From contig JBHGNT010001227.1 of assembly GCA_043228905.1 (NCBI GenBank), positions 1-10,798 of the forward strand: a stretch of 10,798 nucleotides of DNA, read 5' to 3'. Source of the DNA: Azolla caroliniana. Taxonomy: Eukaryota > Plantae > Polypodiophyta. The notes beneath the pieces were generated by a model that searched no databases, was not told the DNA's origin, and was given only the letters and a program-made list of their open reading frames with translations. Within the stretch, counting starts at the first letter, position 1. Every line of letters starts with the position of its first letter. Shown here one piece after another: positions 1 to 9,697 of this stretch. The position numbers and the translations under genes were made by a program.

Positions 1-3000
1 AAGATTTAAAGAAAAGATGTGTTTCTGCAACATACTAAAAATGGTTTGGCCTATTGTGGACTATAAATATTTTTTTTGTGGACTTGAAATCATACTTTGT
101 TATTTTTAATTAAAAAAAAAACATGGTGTGAGATTAAATTTTATAACTTTTTATATGGGACACTGTATATACTTTATATTATGAAGATTGAAAGACAACA
201 TGTGTTTCTGCAACATACTAAAAAATGGTTTGCCTATTGTGACTATAAATATTTTTTTTGTGGACTTGAAATCATACTTTGTTATCTTTAATTAAAAAAA
301 AACATGGTGTGAGATTAAATTTTATAACTTTTTATTGGGACACTGTATATACTTTATATTATGAAGATTTAAAGAAAAGATGTGTTTCTGCAACATACTA
401 AAAAATGGTTTGCCTATTGTGACTATAAATATTTTTTTTGTGACTTGAAATCATACTTTGTTATTTTTAATTAAAAAAAAAACATGGTGTGAGATTAAAT
501 TTTATAACTTTTTATTGGGACACTGTATATACTTTATATTATGAAGATTGAAAGACAACATGTGTTTCTGCAACATACTAAAAAATGGTTTGCCTATTGT
601 GACTATAAATATTTTTTTTGTGGACTTGAAATCATACTTTGTTATTTTTAATTAAAAAAAAAACATGGTGTGAGATTAAATTTATAACTTTTTATTGGGA
701 CACTGTATATACTTTATATTATGAAGATTTAAAGAAAAGATGTGTTTCTGCAACATACTAAAAAATGTTTGCCTATTGTGACTATAAATATTTTTTTTGT
801 GGACTTGAAATCATACTTTGTTATTTTTAATTAAAAAAAAACATGGTGTGAGATTAAATTTTATAACTTTTTATTGGGACACTGTATATACTTTATATTA
901 TGAAGATTTAAAGAAAAGATGTGTTTCTGCAACATACTAAAAAATGTTTGCCTATTGTGACTATAAATATTTTTTTTGTGGACTTGAAATCATACTTTGT
1001 TATTTTTAATTAAAAAAAAAACATGGTGTGAGATTAAATTTTATAACTTTTTATTGGGACTCTGTATATACTTTATATTATGGAGATTTAAAGACAACAT
1101 GTGTTTCTGCAACATACTAAAAATGGTTTGCTTATTGTGACTATAAATATTTTTTTTGTGGACTTGAAATCATACTTTGTTATTTTTAATTAAAAAAAAA
1201 CATGGTGTGAGATTACATTTTATAACTTTTTATTGGGACACTGTATATACTTTATATTATGAAGATTGAAAGACAACATGTGTTTCTGCAACATACTAAA
1301 AAATGGTTGCCTATTGTGACTATAAATATTTTTTTTGTGGACTTGAAATCATACTTTGTTATTTTTAATTAAAAAAAAAACATGGTGTGAGATTAAATTT
1401 TATAACTTTTATTGGGACACTGTATATACTTTATATTATGAAGATTTAAAGAAAAGCAGTGTATCAACGCAGAGTACTAAATGGTTTGCCTATTGTGACT
1501 ATAAATATTTTTTTTGTGGACTTGAAATCATACTTTGTTATTTTTAATTAAAAAAAAAACATGGTGTGAGATTAAATTTTATAACTTTTTATTGGGACAC
1601 TGTATATACTTTATATTATGAAGATTGAAAGACAACATGTGTTTCTGCAACATACTAAAAAATGGTTTGCCTATTGTGACTATAAATATTTTTTTTGTGG
1701 ACTTGAAATCATACTTTGTTATTTTTAATTAAAAAAAAAACATGGTGTGAGATTAAATTTTATAACTTTTTATTGGGACACTGTATATACTTTATATTAT
1801 GAAGATTTAAAGAAAAGATGTGTTTCTGCAACATACTAAAAAATGGTTTGCCTATTGTGACTATAAATATTTTTTTTGTGGACTTGAAATCATACTTTGT
1901 TATTTTTAATTAAAAAAAAAACATGGTGTGAGATTAAATTTTATAACTTTTTATTGGGACTCTTTATATACTTTATAAAATGGAGATTTGAAGAAAACAT
2001 GTATATCTGCAATATACTAAAAAATGGTTTGCTTATTGTGACTATAAATATTTTTTTTGTGGACTTGAAATCATACTTTGTTATTTTTAATTAAAAAAAA
2101 ACATGGTGTGAGATTAAATTTTATAACTTTTTATTGGGACTCTGTATATACTTTATATTATGGAGATTTAAAGACAACATGTGTTTCTGCAACATACTAA
2201 AAAATGGTTTGCTTATTGTGACTATAAATATTTTTTTTGTGGACTTGAAATCATACTTTGTTATTTTTAATTAAAAAAAAACATGGTGTGAGATTAAATT
2301 TTATAACTTTTTATTGGGACTCTGTATATACTTTATATTATGGAGATTTAAAGACAACATGTGTTTCTGCAACATACTAAAAAATGGTTTGCTTATTGTG
2401 ACTATAAATATTTTTTTTGTGGACTTGAAATCATACTTTGTTATTTTTAATTAAAAAAAAACATGGTGTGAGATTACATTTTATAACTTTTTATTGGGAC
2501 TCTGTATATACTTTATATTATGGAGATTTAAAGACAACATGTGTTTCTGCAACATACTAAAAAATGGTTTGCTTATTGTGACTATAAATATTTTTTTTGT
2601 GGACTTGAAATCATACTTTGTTATTTTTAATTAAAAAAAAACATGGTGTGAGATTAAATTTTATAACTTTTTATTGGGACTCTGTATATACTTTATATTA
2701 TGGAGATTTAAAGACAACATGTGTTTCTGCAACATATCAAAAAATGGTTTGCTTATTGTGACTATAAATATTTTTTTTGTGGACTTGAAATCATACTTTG
2801 TTATTTTTAATTAAAAAAAAACATGGTGTGAGATTAAATTTTATAACTTTTTATTGGGACTCTGTATATACTTTATATTATGGAGATTTAAAGACAACAT
2901 GTGTTTCTGCAACATACTAAAAAATGGTTTGCTTATTGTGACTATAAATATTTTTTTTGTGGACTTGAAATCATACTTTGTTATTTTTAATTAAAAAAAA

Positions 3001-3332
3001 ACATGGTGTGAGATTAAATTTTATAACTTTTTATTGGGACTCTGTATATACTTTATATTATGGAGATTTAAAGACAACATGTGTTTCTGCAACATACTAA
3101 AAAATGGTTTGCTTATTGTGACTATAAATATTTTTTTTGTGGACTTGAAATCATACTTTGTTATTTTTAATTAAAAAAAAACATGGTGTGAGATTACATT
3201 TTATAACTTTTTATTGGGACTCTGTATATACTTTATATTATGGAGATTTAAAGACAACATGTGTTTCTGCAACATACTAAAAAATGGTTTGCCTATTGTG
3301 ACTATAAATATTTTTTTTGTGGACTTGAAATC
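1..3332. repeat. AT-rich ~180-bp tandem satellite, ~18.5 copies, running off the left edge of the window
   Basis: Seen directly: the unit (aagatttaaagaaaagatgtgtttctgcaacatact...gtggacttgaaatcatactttg...catggtgtgagattaaatttt...gggacactgtatatactttatattatg) recurs every ~180 nt, in exact 180 phase from ~1921 on. It ends abruptly mid-unit at ...ggacttgaaatc (3332). There are three main variants plus one divergent monomer near 1960-2015. Confidence 0.98.
1454..1478 (+). other. Library adapter remnant (SMART/ISPCR primer = PacBio ultra-low-input amplification adapter); artefact
   Basis: The sequence AAGCAGTGTATCAACGCAGAGTACT matches the known adapter AAGCAGTGGTATCAACGCAGAGTAC(T) except for one missing G of the GG. 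It replaces the normal satellite stretch aagatgtgtttctgcaacatact in one monomer only. Confidence 0.95.
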
Positions 3333-3722
3333 TTCAAAAAAGAATCGGTTCATGCGAGATGTTAGCAACCACAACCGATAATAATCTAACCAGAACACGG
3401 TAAATTAATGCGAATTAAAAATTGCCTCGCGCTAATTACCATAATTAAATACAGTTATCATAATATTGTCGCTTTCGGTACGACAACTACAGCTTTAGAT
3501 ACCTTTTTTATCCGACTTTTACAACATACGGTTCGCCTCTATACGTCATAAATCTCGATCGTAAATATTACTCTGTAACGCTTGTTACGCAACACCCCGG
3601 TTTTGCTGTTACAATTTATATACAGGGCGTGGCGTAGAAATAATCACCTTATAGTTCCCGACATTTCGATAGAAAATTGATTTTTAATATCTTAACTTAC
3701 GAGGAACGTCTGTCGTTTACGA

Positions 3723-3732
3723 TAGATGGCGC
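3723..3732 (+). promoter_or_regulatory. CTCF-like binding-site core TAGATGGCGC
   Basis: Matches the 3' 10 nt (YAGRKGGCRS) of the CTCF consensus CCASYAGRKGGCRS; the 5' four bases (ACGA) match poorly. This is a motif match only. Confidence 0.4.
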
Positions 3733-3825
3733 CGCGAAGTAATTGTGTGTATTGATATCAACACAACAAGATTATTTTTTGAAACCGGTCTTAAATTGTC
3801 GTTCGGATGAAAATTGATTTACTAT

Positions 3826-5911
3826 ATTTCCTTGTTTATTAAATGACAATACATTTTTTTCTTTTAATATTGTAAACAATCAATCTACCTTTCACCCAAG
3901 AAGAACAGGAAGAAAAGGAAGAAGAAAAAATAAGAATATGAAAGAAGAAAAAAAACAAAAAAGATAAAGAAACAAAGAGAAGAAAATTTTCTTGTGTATT
4001 AAATGACAATCCTTCTAACATAACAAACAATCAATCGACCTTTAACCCAAGAAGAAGAAAAACATAATTAGAAAAAGAAGATAAAGGAGAAGAGACAAGG
4101 AAAAGAAAAAGAGAAATAAAAAAAGGAAGACAAAGAAGAAGAAGAAAAAAAAGAAGATAATGTCCTTGTTTATTAAATGACAATATTTTTAATATTAGAA
4201 ACATTCAATCGACCTTTAACCCAAGAAGAAGAAGAAAAACATAATAAGAAGAAGAAGATAAAGAATAAGAAGAAAACGAGGAATACAAAGAAATAAAGAC
4301 AAAGAAGAAGAAAAAGAAAAAAGAAGATAATTTCTTTGTTTATTAAATGACAATCCTTCTAATATTACAAACAATCAATCGACCTTTAACCCAAGAAGAA
4401 GAAGAAGAAGTAAAAAAGGAAGAAGAAAAAGAGGAATAAAGAGAAATGAAGACAAAGAAAAAGAAAAAGAAAAAAGAAGATAATTTCTTTGTTTATTAAA
4501 TGACAATCCTTCTAATATTACAAACAATCAATCGACCTTTAACCCAAGAAGAAGAAGAAGAAGTAAAAAAGGAAGAAGAAAAAGAGGAATAAAGAGAAAT
4601 GAAGACAAAGAAAAAGAAAAAGAAAAAAGAAGATAATTTCTTTGTTTATTAAATGACAATCCTTCTAATATTACAAACAATCAATCGACCTTTAACCCAA
4701 GAAGAAGAAGAAGAAGTAAAAAAGGAAGAAGAAAAAGAGGAATAAAGAGAAATGAAGACAAAGAAAAAGAAAAAGAAAAAAGAAGATAATTTCTTTGTTT
4801 ATTAAATGACAATCCTTCTAATATTACAAACAATCAATCGACCTTTAACCCAAGAAGAAGAAGAAGAAGTAAAAAAGGAAGAAGAAAAAGAGGAATAAAG
4901 AGAAATGAAGACAAAGAAAAAGAAAAAGAAAAAAGAAGATAATTTCTTTGTTTATTAAATGACAATCCTTCTAATATTACAAACAATCAATCGACCTTTA
5001 ACCCAAGAAGAAGAAGAAGAAGTAAAAAAGGAAGAAGAAAAAGAGGAATAAAGAGAAATGAAGACAAAGAAAAAAGAAGATAATTTCTTTGTTTATTAAA
5101 TGACAATCCTTCTAATATTACAAACAATCAATCGACCTTTAACCCAAGAAGAAGAAGAAGAAGTAAAAAAGGAAGAAGAAAAAGAGGAATAAAGAGAAAT
5201 GAAGACAAAGAAAAAGAAAAAGAAAAAAGAAGATAATTTCTTTGTTTATTAAATGACAATCCTTCTAATATTACAAACAATCAATCGACCTTTAACCCAA
5301 GAAGAAGAAGAAGAAGTAAAAAAGGAAGAAGAAAAAGAGGAATAAAGAGAAATGAAGACAAAGAAAAAGAAAAAGAAAAAAGAAGATAATTTCTTTGTTT
5401 ATTAAATGACAATCCTTCTAATATTACAAACAATCAATCGACCTTTAACCCAAGAAGAAGAAGAAGAAGTAAAAAAGGAAGAAGAAAAAGAGGAATAAAG
5501 AGAAATGAAGACAAAGAAAAAGAAAAAGAAAAAAGAAGATAATTTCTTTGTTTATTAAATGACAATCCTTCTAATATTACAAACAATCAATCGACCTTTA
5601 ACCCAAGAAGAAGAAGAAGAAGTAAAAAAGGAAGAAGAAAAAGAGGAATAAAGAGAAATGAAGACAAAGAAAAAGAAAAAGAAAAAAGAAGATAATTTCT
5701 TTGTTTATTAAATGACAATCCTTCTAATATTACAAACAATCAATCGACCTTTAACCCAAGAAGAAGAAGAAGAAGTAAAAAAGGAAGAAGAAAAAGAGGA
5801 ATAAAGAGAAATGAAGACAAAGAAAAAGAAAAAGAAAAAAGAAGATAATTTCTTTGTTTATTAAATGACAATCCTTCTAATATTACAAACAATCAATCGA
5901 CCTTTAACCCA
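3826..5911. repeat. 153-bp tandem repeat with 14 core copies; bipartite unit (complex core plus GAA/A-rich polypurine tract)
   Basis: The core ...ttgtttattaaatgacaatccttctaatattacaaacaatcaatcgacctttaaccca recurs with gaccttt at 4381, 4534, 4687, 4840, 4993, 5134, 5287, 5440, 5593, 5746 and 5899 (period 153, once 141). Three diverged copies lie near 3887, 4037 and 4211. The consensus unit has stops in all six frames. Confidence 0.97.
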
Positions 5912-6398
5912 TAGACCTTTGGGAGTTTTTCGCAACTAACCTAAAAACGTTAAATGAAAAACAAGGAAGTAAAGATGAACTGTAAAAAAAATGTTTATTG
6001 CACGATCATTATTTTACGTTTGACATTTCGCGTTAAAATTACCATACTTAGCCGAGTCCATCGATTATTATGTCGGCGAATATCCGAGTAACTAAATTAT
6101 AGATTTTACACTTAACTTTTTTTTTTTCATTTTTGTACAGCTTACGCGTTAGATTCTTATTAATTGGAGCGAGACGATCGTTTTATTTCGCGTCGAATTA
6201 GAATAAATTAAGGAATGATTAAATAGTTTTAGAATATGCATCGGTTGTAGTTCTTTTGGAACGATTTATCATGTTATTTTAAACGAGTTAATGCTTGATC
6301 TGTTAATGATCATTTATGCGTGTGAAATTAGATTGTAAATAAATATCAAAGCCCAAGAAGCCACTAGGCAAGGGGTTCTTCCGAAAAGAACTACTTAT

Positions 6399-6414
6399 AC
6401 ATACCTAGGTATGT
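6399..6414. other. Perfect 16-bp palindrome ACATACCTAGGTATGT at the left boundary of the 21-bp array
   Basis: ACATACCT is the exact reverse complement of AGGTATGT, and the right arm runs into the first repeat unit (gtatgtgcaag). Confidence 0.85.
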
Positions 6415-7540
6415 GCAAGAATTAGGATTGTAAGTGCAAGGATTGTATGTCAAAAAATTAGACCTGTAGGTGTAAAAATTAAGATTCTATGTCAAAGACT
6501 TAGGATTGTATGTGCAAAGATTAGGATTGTATGTCAAAAAATTAGACCGATATGTGCAAGGATTATGATTATATGTCAAAAAATTAGGATCGTATGTGCA
6601 AGGATTAGGATTGTATGTCAAAGAATTAGGATCGTATATGCAAGAATTAGGATTGTATGTCAAAAAATTAGGATTGTATGTGCAAGGAATAATATTGTAT
6701 GTCAAAGAACTAGGATTGTATATGCAAGAATTAAGATTCTATGTCAAAGACTTAGGATTGTATGTGCAAAGATTAGAATTGTATGTCAAAGAATTAGACC
6801 TGTATGTGCAAGGATTCGGATTATATGTCAAAGAATTAGGATCGTATCTGCAAGGATTAGGATTGTATGTCAAAGAATTAGACCTGTATGTGTAGGGATT
6901 AAAATTAAATGTCAAAGAATTAGGATTGTATATGCAAGGCTTAGGATTGTATGTCAAAGAATGAGACCTGTATGTGCAACGATTATATGTCAAAGAATTA
7001 GGGTCGTATGTGCAAGGATTAGGATTGTATGTCAAAGAATTAGACCTGTATGTGCAAGGATTAGGATTATATGTCAAAGAATTAGGATCGTATGTGCAAG
7101 GATTAGGATTGTATGTCAAAGAATTAGGATTGTATGTACAAGGATTAGGATTGTATGTCAAAAAATTAGACCTGTAGGTGTAAGAATTAAGATTCTATGT
7201 CAAAGACTTAGGATGGTATGTGCAAAGATTAGAATTGTATGTCAAAAAATTAGGATTGTATGTGCAAGGATTAGGATTGTATGTCAAAGAATTAGACCTG
7301 TGTGTGCAAGGATTAGGATTGTATGTCAAAGAATTAGGATCGTCTGTGCAAGGATTAGGATTGTATGTCAAAGAATTAGACCTGTATGTGTAGAGATTAA
7401 AATTCTATGTCAAAGAATTAGGATTGTATATGCAAGGATTAGGATTGTATGTCAAAGAATGAGACCTGTATGTGCAAGGATTATATGTCAAAGAATTAGG
7501 ATCGTATGTGAAAGGATTAGGATTGTGTGTCAATGTCAAA
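6409..7540. repeat. 21-bp minisatellite (~54 units) organised as a 42-bp dimer with larger internal duplications
   Basis: Units alternate gtatgtgcaaggattaggatt and gtatgtcaaagaattaggatt. Three units lack 6 nt. The diagnostic variant atgagacctg occurs at 6961 and 7459, and gacctgtaggtgtaa at 6461 and 7169. Confidence 0.97.
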
Positions 7541-8056
7541 AATGAAATTGGTTCGGTTGATTGGTGGTGGTGGATCGGTCAAATTTTATTAAATATTAGA
7601 CAAATTAATACCAAACTATGTCAAAAACTTTTAGACGCAAGATATAAGGAATACAATTTGAAACCGAAAATTCCATCCACAGTTATACGATTATTTAAAC
7701 GCATACAAAGATCGTATCCGTTCCGAAAATCGCCTCGTTATATCCTTAATTAAAGAGCTTCGCGTCGAACGAACCAATAAATATCGAACGTACTTATTTA
7801 AAGCGCCCGATTCGCCAATCTTAAATCAAATCTTTGGTGCGTTCGTGCGAATTAACACGCGAAAAAAGAAGAAGAAATCGCGAAGAGCCGGTGTGGTCCC
7901 GAAAATGAAGAAACGAGACGAAGACTAATTTGGTATTCGCCTTTCGCGGCCACCTGTTTTCGGTGCCGATTAAAATGATGTAATGCCGTTTATAAATATC
8001 TTAATTGAGCGTATTTTACGCTAATATACGTATATTGAGGCTTACTGGAATAAATT

Positions 8057-8064
8057 TATCGATA
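8057..8064. promoter_or_regulatory. DRE-like palindrome TATCGATA (second copy at 8392-8399)
   Basis: Exact match to the Drosophila DRE (DREF/BEAF-32 site). The 8-mer can occur by chance in AT-rich, CpG-rich DNA, and no gene start was identified nearby. Confidence 0.2.
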
Positions 8065-8107
8065 TATGTAGAATCAACGATTAATAATTGAAGTCCAGAT
8101 CGGGGTT

Positions 8108-8214
8108 AGAAGAAGAAAGAAGAAGAATAAAAAGTAAAGGAAGAAGAAGAGGGAAATGAATAAGGAGATGAAAAGAAGAAGAAGAAGAAGAAATAAAGGA
8201 AGAAGAAGAAGAAA
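8108..8214 (+). repeat. Degenerate (GAA)n polypurine low-complexity tract
   Basis: agaagaagaaagaagaagaataaaaagtaaaggaagaagaagaggg...gaagaagaagaagaaa is almost entirely purine, and resembles the purine half of the 153-bp unit in composition. Confidence 0.9.
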
Positions 8215-8621
8215 CAAATATATATAAAAGCTTGAATTAAATTGTTTGGTTTATAAGCGATAAAATTTTAGATTCTTATATACATATGTGTTATTACTAA
8301 TAACATGGGCGAGCCCTAGCTATCCGCCATAATCCAAACAGGTGCAAAGACATTTAAAAACGTCATAAGTTCATTAGTACGACATATGTTATATCGATAA
8401 TTGGCGCTATATCGAACGAACTAATAACGAACGATCTCGGAGAAATTTAGAAATTATTAATAAAATGTGCAATTTTGATTTATTTAAAAGCGTTAGATGA
8501 AAGTAAACGGCGTAATTTTTAACGGTAAAATTGTCATTTGTAATCGCGATACGCGCTTTAAAAAAATCGATCAGGAAACTGTTTTCTTTTATATGAAGTG
8601 TCCGCGCGCCCGGCGTATTTA

Positions 8622-8631
8622 TGATTGATGG
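8622..8631 (+). promoter_or_regulatory. Exd/Pbx-Hox composite-site-like motif TGATTGATGG
   Basis: Fits the TGATNNAT Pbx/Exd-Hox consensus (TGATTGAT, paralog-group-1 type). A second TGATTTAT lies at 8476-8483 and a TGTCA (Hth/Meis core) at 8532-8536. Motif match only. Confidence 0.3.
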
Positions 8632-8804
8632 AGCGTGTAAACTTTTGATTAAAGTGACTGGATGTTTTTTATTAAGTGTTTAGTTCTATTGAACAAGTAG
8701 GTGGTAATGGATGATAATAATACGATTTGAAACCAAGTGTTTCTTTTTGGGTTTTAATATGTTTGGTTTTCAACATAGTTTGCCCCACTGTATGTCGTCT
8801 TCCT

Positions 8805-9697
8805 ATCTCATCTGGCGTCTTCTTCTCTTTTCAGTCCATGAACTCTATTGGGTTCCCCGAATATTCTTCTCCATTCTTCTTGATATTGTGTCTTCTTTTT
8901 TCAGTATATTCCTCCTATATTCTTCTCTTTCTAGCACATGGTCTCCATTGGCTTTCTTTTTTTTCTTACATTCTTACCTATCGTGTGCCTTCTGGTTCCA
9001 GTGTATTCCTCCAATCTTTCCATCTTATCTGGAGTCTTATTCTTTCTCTTTTTACATTTCATGGTATATGTAGTTTATTCTTTTTCCTTTCATCGTCTTT
9101 CAATCTTACCTGGGGTCTTATTCTTCTTCTTTTTACATTCCATGGTCTCTGTAGTTTCTTCTTTCTTTCATCGTCTTTTAATCTTATCTGGGGACTAATT
9201 CTTCTTCTTTTTATATTCCATGGTCTCTGTAGTTTCTTCTTTCTTTTAATTTTATCTGGGGTTTTACTCTTCTTTTTTTTACATTCTATGGTCTCTGTAG
9301 TTTCTTCTTTCTTTCATCGTCTTTTAATCTTATCTGGAGACTTACTCTTTTTTTTTTTACATTCCATGGTCTTTGTGGTTTATTCTTTTTCCTTTTATCG
9401 TCCTTCGATCTTATTTGGGGTCTTATTTTTCTTTTTATTACATTTTATGGTCTCTGTAGTTTCTTCTTTCTTTCACCGTTTTTCAATCTTATCTGGGGAC
9501 TTATTCTTCTTCTTTTTACATTCCATGGTCTCTGCAGTTTTTTCTTCTCCCTTTCATCGTTTTTAAACCTTATTCTTCTTTTTTTTACATTCCATGATCT
9601 CTGTAGTTTCTTCTTTCTTTCAATCTTATCTGGGGTCTTATTCTTCTTCTTTTTACATTCCATAGTCTCTGTAGTTTCTTCTTCTTTTTTCTTTTCC
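8805..9697. repeat. Diverged pyrimidine-rich tandem repeat with a 68-81-bp unit: 9 clear copies (from ~9021) plus ~2 decayed copies upstream
   Basis: Consensus is approximately aatcttatctggggtcttattcttcttctttttacattccatggtctctgtagtttcttctttctttcatcgtcttt. The catggt-like anchor lies at 9060, 9141, 9219, 9287, 9365, 9446, 9524, 9593 and 9661 (periods 81, 78, 68, 78, 81, 78, 69, 68). Decayed copies lie near 8807 and 8937. Confidence 0.92.

Noticed and set aside
97-3398. Short ORFs at 97-291, 1356-1547, 1897-2094 and 3201-3398
   Set aside because: They lie within (or run into) the 180-bp satellite and open or close with homopolymer length; one includes the adapter.
3839-4030. 63-aa Phe/Ser-rich minus-strand ORF
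   Set aside because: It is the antisense of a polypurine tract, and the consensus 153-bp unit has stops in all six frames.
3826-5911. CRISPR-like look (conserved core with intervening segments), also considered for 10232-10798
   Set aside because: The intervening segments are copies of each other or low-complexity rather than unique spacers, there are no cas genes, and the context looks eukaryotic.
6487-7161. Minus-strand (TYNPNPC/TYNPNSL)n ORFs resembling the RNA polymerase II CTD heptad, and the plus-strand LGLYVKE frames
   Set aside because: They are alternative frames of the 21-bp repeat, broken by stops, lack the YSPTSPS serines, and have no adjoining polymerase sequence.
6422-7525. 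TTAGG (ancestral insect telomere motif) present in many 21-bp units
   Set aside because: It is never in tandem, is lost in many units, and the array is interstitial with unique DNA on both sides.
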